Position numbers and translations under genes: made by a program
The notes under the pieces: generated by a model
Seen by the model: the letters and a program-made list of their open reading frames with translations, nothing else
Database searches by the model: none
What the model was told of the DNA's origin: nothing
Assembly: GCA_000146045.2 (NCBI GenBank)
Contig: BK006946.2
Span: 64,001-128,000, forward strand
Source: TPA_inf: Saccharomyces
Taxonomy: Eukaryota
Length of the DNA: 64,000 nt
Direction of reading: 5' to 3'
Shown: in pieces, positions 33,372 through 44,532 of the stretch
Layout of the letters: every line of letters starts with the position of its first letter
Numbering within the stretch: position 1 is the stretch's first letter

Positions 33372-33940
33372 GGGGTGAAAAACCTGATAATATCGGTAAC
33401 TTTAATTTTACGGGTTCTTGTTTTACCTTCTAATGAATTTTAAGTTTTGAAAAGCAGAAAATCAGATATTGAAACTATAGATCTGCTTACCTTGAAGTTC
33501 ACTATTTTTGGAATTCTCCTTGCTAATAGTTACTTCTACTCTTGCTTTGTCCTGGATATCAATGGAAGATGTCCTCATTTCCATTTTTTTTTTCAATTCG
33601 ACGGCAAGGCGGGAGAAAAGGAACTAGGGATACAAAAATGCAATTACTAATGAAATCCGTGAAATAATCATGGAAATGGGTGATGTAAGAATCTGATGAA
33701 ACAAGTACAAATGTCTTTGGCCCATCAACTACGATGAGACTTACTAAGCTTTCATCAAATGCAGGTTAGAGAAGGAGAATGGTTTTTTTTTTTATTTTTT
33801 GTACATAGATATTAGAGAAATATAATAAGTAGATTATAGATAAGATATCACCAAAGAGATATAACAGTAGGGGGAATTTTTTTTTTTACAATATACTTGA
33901 AATATAGAAAGGATAAGGAGGTTGGGGGCGAGAGTGAACC

Positions 33941-35400
33941 TTAAAATTCCTCTTCCTCAGCGTATGAGTCGGCACCCACTTCGATGTAATCTCTTTCTAA
34001 AGCAGCCAAATCTTCTCTAGCTTCGGTGAATTCACCTTCTTCCATACCTTCACCGACATACCAGTGGACGAAAGCACGTTTGGCATACATTAAATCGAAT
34101 TTTCTATCGATTCTCTTCCAAGCCTCAGCAATGGATGTGGTATTTGACAACATACAGACGGCCCTATCCACAGTGGCCAATTGTGAGTTTGGTGTGGCAG
34201 TTGGAGGTTCGTAGCAAATACCGATCTTGAAACCAGTTGGACACCAATCAACCAATTGGACGGTCTTCTTGTTTTTCACCTGCTCGACAGCTCTTTGAAC
34301 ATCTCTTGTTACCACATCACCCCTGTATAACAGACAAGTAGCCATGTATTTACCATCTCTTGGATCACACTTGACCATCTGGTTACCAGGTTCAAAACAA
34401 GCGTTTGTAATTTCTGACACAGAGTTGGACTCATGGAATGCCTTTGATTTGGATAAGACTGGAGAATATGAAACTAAGGGGAAATGAATTCTTGGATATG
34501 GAACCAAATTGGTTTGAAATTCGTTCAAATCTACATTTAATGAACCGTCGAATCTCAATGATGCTGTAACAGATGATACCACTTGAGCAATTAGGTTGTT
34601 TAAGTTTGCAAAGCTTGGTCTTGGGATATCCAAGTTTCTTTTGCACATGTCGTAAATAGCCTCATTATCGACCATGAAAGTACAATCTGCATGTTCCAAT
34701 GTAGTATGTGTAGTTAAAACTGTGTTGTAAGGCTCAACCACAGAAGTAGACACTTGTGGAGCAGGGTATACGGCAAATTCCAGCTTGGATTTCTTACCGT
34801 ATTCAGCGGATAGTTCTTCCAACAGTAAGGACCCTAGACCGGAACCAGTACCACCACCAAGAGAATGGGTAAACAAGAACCCTTGTAACCCATCACATTG
34901 GTCTGCCAGTTTTCTAATCCTATCCAGAACATCGCCCAAAATTTCTCTACCAACGGTGTAATGGCCTCTTGCATAATTATTAGCCGCGTCCTCCTTACCA
35001 CTGATCAACTGTTCTGGATGGAACAAGTCCTTGTAAGGACCGTTACGGACTTCGTCAATAACGTTGGGCTCTAAATCCACGTAAATAGCCCTTGGAACGA
35101 ACTTACCGTAGCCGGTTTCATGGAAAAACGTGGAGAAACCCTCTTCTCCTCCCTTCGGCTTTGAAAGGCCATCTTCTAGATGTCCATCCGGCTTAATACC
35201 GTGCTCAAGGGAATATAATTCCCAACAGGCATTACCAATCTGACAACCAGCTTGACCGACTGTAAAGAGAAATCAAAAAAAAAAAAATTTTGCGTTGAAG
35301 TTAGTAATGAAAGATGAAACGCCAAAATGAACTAACAAAAAAAAGATCTAGCCTGGACGGGCAAATCGAACATACCATTAATACTAATAACTTCTCTCAT
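33941..35400 (-). CDS. TUB1: Alpha-tubulin, spliced: exon 1 at 35376-35400, intron at 35260-35375, exon 2 at 33941-35259. The product is 447 aa.
   Basis: Exon 1 reads ATGAGAGAAGTTATTAGTATTAATG, followed by GTATGT. The acceptor is TTTACAG. The spliced N-terminus is [24 protein letters not shown]..., and exon 2 matches alpha-tubulin through ...EEEF. Confidence 0.92.
35260..35375 (-). other. TUB1: TUB1 spliceosomal intron (116 nt).
   Basis: GTATGT donor at 35375-35370 and a CAG acceptor ending at 35260. It restores the tubulin N-terminus. Confidence 0.88.
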
Positions 35401-35793
35401 TGTTTGTTTGCAGTTGTAAGTTTACAGATCTTGGGTGGCGAGAACTGTTGTAGACGGATATACTGAATTGGGTAAAACGATATAGTAGATGTTTTTGTTT
35501 TGTTTTGTTTTGTTTTGTAGTTTAGTTTTTCCCTTGGCTCGAGGCGTTTTCGCGTGGCATAACCCGGCCGGAAACTACGGTGATATTATCGTCTGGCACA
35601 TATATATATATATATATGTAAACTATACTTATATTAATAGTTTCCGATCGTCTTATTACTCACTTACTATCAATGGAAGCACTATTTCATTACTTAAAAA
35701 ATACTTTCTATTGCAGGATCTGAAACAGTCAGTTATAATGGAAAAAGTATGCAATTGTGTTTTCTTAAAGAAGGATACAGATATTTATATATG

Positions 35794-37050
35794 TTAGTTC
35801 CTCTGGAATATATCGCTAGATGCATTAAACATGAAGAAATTTGCCGTATGAATTATTCCTGTATGTACACCAAATGTGTCATGATCTTCTTGTTTCTTCA
35901 ATGTGGCGCTGGCATTCGAGAGTGATGATGCTTGGTGTGAGCACTTGAAATGTCTCCTCTTTAAGAAAGACAATCCTATCCTTTCATGATCAAGGGCTTC
36001 TAAGGCGTCTCTCAATGCCAATTTCAAATCGGTAGGGTCTGACACGGTCTGGTAGCATTTATTAATGCAGTGGGTAAGGAAGAGGGAGGGCTTGATAATG
36101 TGGTTGGCTGAAATCGGATGGCAGTGCCCGCCATTGATAGACTCAAATTTTACTGTCTTCGTACAGTGGTTGAAGGTCAGTATGAGTTTTGACTCGCAGA
36201 TCAAATGTATTTTGTACTTTTCAGGAGTCCTTGTTCTTTGTATACGCTTATTGCTGAGTTGCTCGTGAACATTCATCTCACAAACGAGTTCGTACTTGTT
36301 CTTATTGATTTTCTTTGTCCTGTAGATGAAACTAATGAATGAATATACTCTAACGAACTGCTCAAACGACAGGGTACATAGGAACTCGAAGGAGGATTTT
36401 GGATGCTTGAAAATAAAGTCCCTGAAGTTTAGAATGTTGTTGATATTTTCGATCTCGTCCTTGTTTACTGGATGGTGATATTCCTGTGCGCATGCAATTA
36501 GTTGTTTACCAGACCTAACTTTGCTCAATTGTGCCTTTGTTTTTGCACAACCAATGTAGTTTGGAATCTTCCTAATTAATTCCTCGGTACTATCTCGCTC
36601 AACATCACGGCCGCCGCCATTCCCGATCACAATTTTGGGCAGGATAGGATGTGAAACTCTGTCCTCTACTGTGCTGGGCACAGGCGACGGTGGTAGTTTC
36701 AAATCTGGCAGCTTTATGGCGACCGGGGCCAAAGGGGGTGAGGGAGCCGTTGCTTCAAACTGAGGTCTTGGGGAGGTCATAGGTGTGATAATAGGCATCA
36801 TTGCGGCATGATTTCGTACAGCGACAGGGATAGTGACAACCTGTTGTGACCAATGGACGGGCGTATTTGTGCTCATAGAAGGCAATATGGGTGTTGGCAA
36901 GCACCTGGGGCTGGAGTACCCAAATGTCAGCGAATGTTGTTGATCTAACGCCAATATGATTGGGGGCAGAACGGGCGATAGGCACTGCCTGCCTGGAGGT
37001 GTTCTGGGAACGTGCGCCTGGTTGTTGTTATATACATGTAAATAGTCCAT
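35794..37050 (-). CDS. Uncharacterised protein YML083C. The annotated 418-aa form starts at the internal MDYLHVYNN methionine; the open frame extends 16 codons further to 37098.
   Basis: 434-aa open frame with a Pro/Ser-rich N-terminal half and no recognisable domain. The length and position match YML083C. Confidence 0.75.
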   Translation of the reverse strand: MDYLHVYNNNQAHVPRTPPGRQCLSPVLPPIILALDQQHSLTFGYSSPRCLPTPILPSMSTNTPVHWSQQVVTIPVAVRNHAAMMPIITPMTSPRPQFEATAPSPPLAPVAIKLPDLKLPPSPVPSTVEDRVSHPILPKIVIGNGGGRDVERDSTEELIRKIPNYIGCAKTKAQLSKVRSGKQLIACAQEYHHPVNKDEIENINNILNFRDFIFKHPKSSFEFLCTLSFEQFVRVYSFISFIYRTKKINKNKYELVCEMNVHEQLSNKRIQRTRTPEKYKIHLICESKLILTFNHCTKTVKFESINGGHCHPISANHIIKPSLFLTHCINKCYQTVSDPTDLKLALRDALEALDHERIGLSFLKRRHFKCSHQASSLSNASATLKKQEDHDTFGVHTGIIHTANFFMFNASSDIFQRN

Positions 37051-37403
37051 TGAGTCTTTACCAGGTTCTATCTTAACTAAAGAACTACTTCTACACAAGA
37101 CTTAAGGCACCTTCATACGAAAACCCTCTCCACGATGGCGTTCAATCTTTCGTCTTTATATACATATGTTACTTTATATATTTATATATTTACGTATACA
37201 CCCGAATGTATTTATATATTTGTATGCATATGCCCACACGTATATGCTCAAGAGTAAATTCTCCGACCCGTTTAAAAGCAAGCACACGTCAAGGTTTGCT
37301 GTCTCCACTCGATTCGTACCGTTCCTGCGGTACTCCTAGGCAAGCAGTTAGGCCCTGCCATTCACCCACTCAACAGTTTTAACAGTATACGACTGCAAGG
37401 CCA

Positions 37404-37481
37404 TCGTTTACCGGCAGGGTCTATTGTTCTGCGCGTTCCTTATTAGGCACCGCCAAAAAAACCCTTGAAATTTTCGTTTAG
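37404..37481. promoter_or_regulatory. Hypoxia/sterol-type promoter elements in the GC-rich divergent YML083C-YML082W promoter: a Rox1-like operator and AR1 (Upc2/Ecm22) elements.
   Basis: TCTATTGTTCTG at 37420-37431 matches the Rox1 consensus YYYATTGTTCTC at 11 of 12 positions. TCGTTTAG at 37474-37481 is an exact AR1 (TCGTTYAG). TCGTTTAC at 37404-37411 is a one-mismatch AR1. Confidence 0.4.
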
Positions 37482-37861
37482 GTGCCGGCTCGTTAAGGGC
37501 CCTTTTGCTCTCGCATAACGCAGGCACAGGTCACGAACTGCGGTGCGGATACCCTCGATTTAAAGACAGGCAGCAGGTGAAGATAATACCATGCTCAACA
37601 TGGACGCCAAGGATAGACGTGTAAGTTTAAGTTTCTCTCGTTGTATCGACTGACCTCTTTAATAGCAGTCCTTACCAAGTTGAAAAACCACATCTTCGTG
37701 TTACCCGACTACCTGTGCGATGCCGTCTGGAAAATTCGCAATGAAAATTTGATGAAAAAATTGCCTCTCAATAGTGAAAGAAGTATAGCAGGGCCACGCA
37801 GAGAGTAAGGGCTATAGGCGAAGTTTTCCTGACATTTTCTTCTTCTATAGGACATTATAAT

Positions 37862-39811
37862 ATGGTTTCAGCGCAAGTGGCTACCGAGCTAGGACAGCCT
37901 ATACCACTGGACACTCAACATGCGGTATCTGTATGTTTCCCGACATGGAAATCTGTAATTTCGTATGTGGAGAAAGACCCCAAAGTTTTAGGGTGTTTAA
38001 AGTCTGGCTACCCCAGGTTTTGGATCCACCCCTCGATTCAAAAGCTGCGTGATATTTTAATAGAAAAGTATGCTAAAGAAAACGAAACGTGCTTTTGCTT
38101 CCCCTCTTATAGAGTTGCCAAACGGTGCAGAGAGTATGTAAGAAGGAAGTGCGCGCATCGCAATGGCAAAGTAAGGATATTACAGTTAGCCACGGCGAAA
38201 CCTATCAACGAGGAGCAGAAGACGTGGAAAAGAGAGTGTAAGATTGCGGTAGTGTTTGTAGATGGGGCATACGAGAATATATTAAAACAGTATTGGCAAT
38301 ACACCGGAGAGATCATCTCAAGCAGACTAGCTGAATATGTTTTGCATGAACTTTTCATGGTAGAAAAGAAATCCAGCCCTGCAGAGGAAAAGGAATACAT
38401 AGAGATGCGGTATGGCAGGAATCTGAATTTTGCATTTGCCGATCGAGCCAAGGAATTGATTAAGAAGAGGATCGCTACAAAGGTTATAGATAAAGATGAG
38501 CACGATGAGGAGGAAAACTACCATTTCTTAGCAGGTAACCAAGATGAACAGGACTTCCAGGACACGTTTCTGGATTCATCCCTCAATGAGGCTAACCACG
38601 GAGAAGATCATGACGGCGGGATTAGCGGTGAAGTAGACAGTCAAGAAGAACCGCATAATGGCCTTGTTTCCACTATACCCCCGGAGCCCATCGAAATGAG
38701 CACGATAGAGGAAGAGCAATCCGTAGAGGAAGATGCCGGGAGGTGTGCATTAAGGGTTTGCCCTGAGAGAGACGTTTTTTTGTTTCCGAGCGGCATGGCG
38801 TCGATATTCACTGCGCATAGATTGCTGTTGCAATGGGACTCACTGCGTTTGAATAGATCCAGAAATGGAAGCGACGTCACCTCGTCACCTCCGAATAAGA
38901 AGACCGTGATTTTTGGGTTCCCTTATGCGGATACATTACATGTCTTGCAAGAGTTTAATGAAACGTATTTCTTGGGAGAAGGAGATGAGTCTTCAATGAA
39001 AGAACTAACAAAAATTTTACATTCCGGGGAGCAAATTCTTGCCGTTTTTATAGAGACCCCATCAAACCCACTATTAAAAATGGGAAATTTACTGGAACTG
39101 AAAAGGCTTTCGGAATTATTTGGGTTTTTCATTATCATTGATGAAACTGTGGGTGGAATAGTTAATATTGACGGTCTACCGTTTGCTGATATCGTTTGCA
39201 GTTCATTGACGAAGACATTTAGTGGGGACTCTAACGTCATTGGTGGTTCAATGGTTTTAAATCCACAAAGCCGGGTATACGAGTTTGCCTCCCGTTTTAT
39301 GCAATTAGAAGACGAATATGAAGATTTATTATGGTGCGAAGACGCAATTTACCTGGAAAGAAATTCCAGAGATTTCATTGCTAGAACCATCAGGATCAAC
39401 TACAGCACCGAATACCTCTTAGATAAAATACTGAAGCCACACGTAGGCGAAAATAAACTATTCAAGAAAATCTACTACCCTAATCTAACCTCAAAAGAAA
39501 CACTAACCAACTATGACATGGTGAGGTGTAAGAAAGAAGGTGGATACGGCGGGCTCTTTTCACTAACGTTCCATGACGAAGATCATGCTGCGGCCTTTTA
39601 TGACAATCTAAAGCTGAACAAGGGTCCTTCCTTGGGCACAAATTTCACACTCGCATTCCCCTATACGCTCATGACATACTACCACGAACTCGACATGGCT
39701 GAAAAATTTGGGGTTGAGAGAAATCTTCTCAGAATCAGCGTAGGCCTCGAAAGTCAGTCAATATTGGGCAAGATCTTCCAAGAGGCAATTGATAAAACGG
39801 TAGAAATATGA
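37862..39811 (+). CDS. PLP-dependent cystathionine gamma-synthase family protein (a Cys/Met-metabolism enzyme paralog) with a long N-terminal extension, 649 aa.
   Basis: C-terminal Cys/Met-metabolism PLP-enzyme fold (SLTKTFSGDSNVIGGSMVLN). The 649-aa length matches YML082W, the STR2 paralog. Confidence 0.85.
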   Translation: MVSAQVATELGQPIPLDTQHAVSVCFPTWKSVISYVEKDPKVLGCLKSGYPRFWIHPSIQKLRDILIEKYAKENETCFCFPSYRVAKRCREYVRRKCAHRNGKVRILQLATAKPINEEQKTWKRECKIAVVFVDGAYENILKQYWQYTGEIISSRLAEYVLHELFMVEKKSSPAEEKEYIEMRYGRNLNFAFADRAKELIKKRIATKVIDKDEHDEEENYHFLAGNQDEQDFQDTFLDSSLNEANHGEDHDGGISGEVDSQEEPHNGLVSTIPPEPIEMSTIEEEQSVEEDAGRCALRVCPERDVFLFPSGMASIFTAHRLLLQWDSLRLNRSRNGSDVTSSPPNKKTVIFGFPYADTLHVLQEFNETYFLGEGDESSMKELTKILHSGEQILAVFIETPSNPLLKMGNLLELKRLSELFGFFIIIDETVGGIVNIDGLPFADIVCSSLTKTFSGDSNVIGGSMVLNPQSRVYEFASRFMQLEDEYEDLLWCEDAIYLERNSRDFIARTIRINYSTEYLLDKILKPHVGENKLFKKIYYPNLTSKETLTNYDMVRCKKEGGYGGLFSLTFHDEDHAAAFYDNLKLNKGPSLGTNFTLAFPYTLMTYYHELDMAEKFGVERNLLRISVGLESQSILGKIFQEAIDKTVEI

Positions 39812-39982
39812 CAAAAGAAGGAAGATAGGCATAGTGAATTTTATTTCTAATTTCACTTTTTATGTTTTTTTTTTCGATATTTAATTTTTTCACGCATTAC
39901 GAATATATTTCTATATACAAACATATGTAGTAGTACTAGTAGCTGTCATCATCACCTACAAATGTGTTTGTCCTAGCATTAT

Positions 39983-40162
39983 TCAATCAACTTCCACAAA
40001 CTTTCCACCTTTTGCGAATCTGGGATTTCTTGGATCATTGATAAATTCCTTCGTGTTAGAAGAAAGGTCAGCAGCTTTACTCATACCATAATACACTGCG
40101 GCGCCAGCCACAAAGAAAGGCCAGTATACTTTAAGGATAGGGGTAGGGAATCTTTTCAACAT
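39983..40162 (-). CDS. ATP18: Mitochondrial F1F0 ATP synthase subunit i/j, 59 aa. The open frame extends 5 codons upstream to 40177.
   Basis: MLKRFPTPILKVYWPFFVAGAAVYYGMSKAADL... contains a single transmembrane helix. The 59-aa length matches YML081C-A. Confidence 0.8.
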   Translation of the reverse strand: MLKRFPTPILKVYWPFFVAGAAVYYGMSKAADLSSNTKEFINDPRNPRFAKGGKFVEVD

Positions 40163-40776
40163 GGCAGTACAATCCAATCAATTAATCTGTCGTCGTATGT
40201 TAAACTAACGATATCTGAGTCGAACTCTTCTCAACACATCTCAGCTGATTGTTCCTTATATTTTCTCTAGGCCTTTTTAAACCCTCGGAGATTTATCCGT
40301 GTAAAGCCGCATTGTTTGACCTTATTGGGTCGTTAAGAGTGATACATGATTTATTGGATGTTTTTTTGGCCAAGTTTTGATTATTAACCTTTCGTGTTAT
40401 TATTGCACGATTAAGTACAATAGATTAATGTTGGTATACTTTGGTTGTGGCTGCTTTGAATACTTTTAGTTTTGTTGTTATAACAACTATCATTGCACGG
40501 AATCGCAGCTATTTTAAATCCGGGTAATGGCTCGTTCATAGTGGCTTAATCTTTTTTTTTGCTGAAAAACCCGTAGATTATTAACAATGATGAATGGATA
40601 AACGCCATTGTTTGGTCTCAATAAAGTGGTCGTATTGGGTTATTCTGGTCATACTGGTGGTTAAATCGACTGTCGGAAAGCACCACGGATACCCTGGGTA
40701 AAATAAAAGCCCAGTTGTCTTCTGTTCTATCAGCAGCGAATATTTCAGCTTCTTGTAATTGTACGTTGCATCTGCC

Positions 40777-43700
40777 ATGTCATCGGAAGAATTCAAAGGA
40801 CTTCCGATCAAACGAGATATATCCTCCACTATCTATGCTGATAGACCTCCAGCATTATCTGCTCCTCCGTGCGTTGGTGCTACTGGGAATGATAAAATAC
40901 AAGTACTACCGATCCCCAAGAAATCTAGGACTATCAAAACCGATAAGCCAAGACCTTTCCTATGCCACATCTGTACAAGGGGGTTCGTGAGACAAGAGCA
41001 TTTAAAACGACATCAAAGAGCACATACGAACGAGAAACCCTTTCTCTGTGTCTTTTGCGGAAGGTGTTTTGCAAGAAGGGATCTGGTTTTGCGGCATCAA
41101 CATAAACTACACTCAGCACTGGTTTCTAAAGAATCTATAAACTCTAAGGATAAAACTGAAATAGATGCTATCAATGATAAGAATATAATTCAGATTCAAG
41201 GCAATAAGCAAACAATTTTACCAACGCCTAGCAATCCGCTAGCAAAGACGGCAGTACAGTTGAAAAAAGCCGCCAAAGAGAAAAAAAATGGTAAGCAAGG
41301 CAAATTAGACCTGAGTCCTTCATACGGGGCAAATAATCATAGTACAGACGTTTCACCGTCAGTGGGGAACTCATCAACACCTGCTGTAATCGAAGAGACA
41401 GACTCGTCTTCCCATTTTCCGCTTCCAGATACAAATATTCCGACCAAATCAAAGAGGCATGCATCATTTTCGGCATCTAGCGCATTCACATATAGTTCAG
41501 ATAACTTTCAAAAGCTACATCAACAAGCAAAATCGGATTTTGATGAACTACAGGAAAGTATCCCTCACCAAGTGGGATTTTCTACACCCCAATTAACGGC
41601 ACAACAACTTATAGAAAATGCTATTGAATCTGGTGTTGTGGACTTGGAAACTTTGGATTTACCGCCATTTTTATCGTTAGATGGCTTACCACCCGCGAGC
41701 TCAAGTGCTGCTGTAGCAGCATCCGAGCAGATAGATATCTGTCCCTCCTCTGCGACAGACACTATCTCTGGCGCTAACAGTACTCCAAACCAAGCAGCAA
41801 CAGCTCCTCCTTTTCAATTACCAATAGCAAGGGAAAGCAGTTCCTTGTTTTTGGCAAATACCCCTTATTTATCTGACTTTTTAACAATGGGATCTTCCTA
41901 TGGTGGTTCTGGAGGGTTTGCCAAATCTATCACTGCTGATCCCAGTTTGGACTATTTCAACTACAAAAACCATTCGCATCCAGATTCAAGGCATAACAAC
42001 AGCTCCAGCGGTATCAATTATAGCAATAATAAAAACAACAATGAATCAATTGAAAAATCTCAAAACAACAGTAACGTAATCAATGAAACTATTGACCACA
42101 CTGACATCCATGCCCATCACGCGGATGCTCATGATGACTCCTTCATAGAAAGTGAAGAGTGGCTCTCTAAGTTTATTATGGACTCTCAGATTGATAATGA
42201 TCTTAAACTTAATATAAACCATTTTAACGATATTGGGTTTAACAATTTACACCCTCAAAATCCTACGACCCATTCTGAACCAAGAAATATGCATAATGAA
42301 AACAGAGATATGCACCGATCTGCAAGCAAATTTCAATCTGTATCGGAAAACATCTCTCCAAGGGAACAAATGTCTTTGTTTAAAACTAAACAGAACAAGG
42401 CCATTTCAAAATTTCTGTCTGACGAGAAAATTCCTTCAACTGCGTCACCATCTTCCTCTGCTTCGCCAGTTCAGTTTGATAAAAAAAATGTTGACATCAA
42501 TGAATTTTTACTGGACGAGTCCGTGTCCAACTTATTCACGACTAGGCAAATTGATTTATTCAAGAAAAATGTGAACTTATATTCACCACTATTTCAAAAT
42601 CAAAAAGACGCAGTCTCATCTACAAGCCTGACGCCATCGTTGACTACACAAACTGCAACGACACAATCGGGGCCAGGGTGGACAGATTCCTCCCAAAAGC
42701 TGACTTTCTTTACAGAACAGTTGAGAAATTTAATTATTAAAGAAAACAATCTAAAGTCTAATCTCTTTCCCACTGTTGATGAACTGAATCATTATGTCGA
42801 TTTATATCAAGTGGAATTTCATAAATATTTCCCCTTTATTCATTTATACTCAATTATACCATCCAGTGAAAACTATCCTTTAGTAATATCCATCAGTATG
42901 ATTGGTGCTCTTTACGGATTTCATTCCACACATGCACTACTATTGTCGAAAATAGCAAGGACGAGAGTTAGAATGTTCCTAGAAAATACTCGAAGCAATC
43001 ATGATAAGACACCAATTTGGCTAATGCAATCTTTAGTCTTATTAACGTTTACCAGCATTTTCTCCAATGATATGAATGCCTTTAGAACCGTGAATACCCA
43101 GATAATGATTTTGGTTCAGTTGATTAAAATTTCAAAGTTGAATTACCCATTAGAAAACTTCATTAAGCCACCGATCGAAAGTGACCATGTTTTAGAATAT
43201 CAAGATAACCCCGCTGTTTTGAACCAGTTCAAGGCTCAATACAATACCCGTGAACAAATAAACAGAAATTTCAAATATTTTATCTTAGCACAATCAAGAA
43301 TAAGAATATGCCACATAGTCCTGCTGATTTCTAACCTCTTTAAATCCTTAGTGGATTTCGATTGTTGTTTTCATTCCATAGATTTGAAGTGTGGTGTTCC
43401 TTGTTACAACGAGGTACTGTTCTTTTGCGAAAATTCAAGAACTTGGAATGAGAACTTGACGAGATTCAATATCGTTTTGGATTCCAAGTTTTCCCTAATT
43501 GAAGTATCTAATGGTGAATCAAACTACGAGAAGTGCTTGATGTATTTGTCAAACGGTAATCCTTATCTTTATAAAAACGCTAAAATCTCATTCAAGACTT
43601 TGCTATCTTTACTGATCTCTATTCATGAAAAGATAAACATCGAAAGAGATGCGTTGAAAGATAGTTACGAAAGCGATTTCCATGCGAAGAATGTTCAGTG

Positions 43701-44532
43701 GCGGATGCATTCAAGACCCTTGGTCGCCACAATGCTAAAACATTGGGAACTACTTTACATCAAAAATGGTGGGATATTGGCTCTCAGTGACGAAAACCTG
43801 CCAATAATAAATACTAATCCGTCGTTTAGATTGATAATTCCCTTGTACTTCTTTGCAAAGCTAAGGAAGTGCCTTGATATTGCTCCAACACTAAGATGCA
43901 TTTGGAACCAAGACTGGAACTCAATGAATAGCTCTTTAGAAAAAGTGTGCTACGAGCGGGAATCACTACGAGAGGCCACAGAGTACGCTGTATCCGTTAT
44001 CACTTTCTGGATTGATACTGTCTCTGTAATGAAGGGTAAATCGACACAGACTCCAATCTTCACCATTACTTGTATTTTTGTTTCGATATTGGTCATAGCG
44101 GGGTACATGAGGAGATTGGAAGACTTTGCTCAAAACAAAAACAGTGATTGTATGATTGGTAGTTTAAAAAGCACTGACAGGATCTTGTGGTTAAAAGCAT
44201 TCAAAACTTTGAAGAGGATCGAATCACATTTATCTGAAAGAGAGTATAAATTACAAACATTTGCTGAGTTTTTAAGGGTTCCAGATAATGGCAGTCTTGA
44301 TATTGAGAGTTTGGACTCATCCTTAATAGAGAATACTTTGAATTCACATGATGTTACCAATCAAGCGCTGGACATAATCACGAGAACAAGATTGTCATCA
44401 AGAACATTGTATTGCGGTGCTAGAATTCTTGGCGATACACCAGTCTGGCCCGTATCTCTGTTGTTTGCTCATGCCTTACAATCTAGGGCTATTTACAATA
44501 TCAACCACAGGAAATCTGTAAACAGTGTATAG
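40777..44532 (+). CDS. TDA9: C2H2 zinc-finger transcription factor (an Rsf2 paralog), 1251 aa. The open frame starts 6 codons upstream at 40759.
   Basis: Two C2H2 fingers: FLCHICTRGFVRQEHLKRHQRAHTNEKPFLCVFCGRCFARRDLVLRHQHKLH. It also has a fungal transcription-factor middle homology region. The length matches YML081W. Confidence 0.85.
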   Translation: MSSEEFKGLPIKRDISSTIYADRPPALSAPPCVGATGNDKIQVLPIPKKSRTIKTDKPRPFLCHICTRGFVRQEHLKRHQRAHTNEKPFLCVFCGRCFARRDLVLRHQHKLHSALVSKESINSKDKTEIDAINDKNIIQIQGNKQTILPTPSNPLAKTAVQLKKAAKEKKNGKQGKLDLSPSYGANNHSTDVSPSVGNSSTPAVIEETDSSSHFPLPDTNIPTKSKRHASFSASSAFTYSSDNFQKLHQQAKSDFDELQESIPHQVGFSTPQLTAQQLIENAIESGVVDLETLDLPPFLSLDGLPPASSSAAVAASEQIDICPSSATDTISGANSTPNQAATAPPFQLPIARESSSLFLANTPYLSDFLTMGSSYGGSGGFAKSITADPSLDYFNYKNHSHPDSRHNNSSSGINYSNNKNNNESIEKSQNNSNVINETIDHTDIHAHHADAHDDSFIESEEWLSKFIMDSQIDNDLKLNINHFNDIGFNNLHPQNPTTHSEPRNMHNENRDMHRSASKFQSVSENISPREQMSLFKTKQNKAISKFLSDEKIPSTASPSSSASPVQFDKKNVDINEFLLDESVSNLFTTRQIDLFKKNVNLYSPLFQNQKDAVSSTSLTPSLTTQTATTQSGPGWTDSSQKLTFFTEQLRNLIIKENNLKSNLFPTVDELNHYVDLYQVEFHKYFPFIHLYSIIPSSENYPLVISISMIGALYGFHSTHALLLSKIARTRVRMFLENTRSNHDKTPIWLMQSLVLLTFTSIFSNDMNAFRTVNTQIMILVQLIKISKLNYPLENFIKPPIESDHVLEYQDNPAVLNQFKAQYNTREQINRNFKYFILAQSRIRICHIVLLISNLFKSLVDFDCCFHSIDLKCGVPCYNEVLFFCENSRTWNENLTRFNIVLDSKFSLIEVSNGESNYEKCLMYLSNGNPYLYKNAKISFKTLLSLLISIHEKINIERDALKDSYESDFHAKNVQWRMHSRPLVATMLKHWELLYIKNGGILALSDENLPIINTNPSFRLIIPLYFFAKLRKCLDIAPTLRCIWNQDWNSMNSSLEKVCYERESLREATEYAVSVITFWIDTVSVMKGKSTQTPIFTITCIFVSILVIAGYMRRLEDFAQNKNSDCMIGSLKSTDRILWLKAFKTLKRIESHLSEREYKLQTFAEFLRVPDNGSLDIESLDSSLIENTLNSHDVTNQALDIITRTRLSSRTLYCGARILGDTPVWPVSLLFAHALQSRAIYNINHRKSVNSV

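Noticed and set aside
35489-35797. 102-aa ORF (a YML084W-type dubious ORF) overlapping the YML083C 3' end and the TUB1 upstream repeats.
   Set aside because: It has low-complexity, repeat-derived sequence (FLFCFVLFCSLVF..., with an (AT)n-encoded YIYIYV) and overlaps a real gene. It is almost certainly non-coding.
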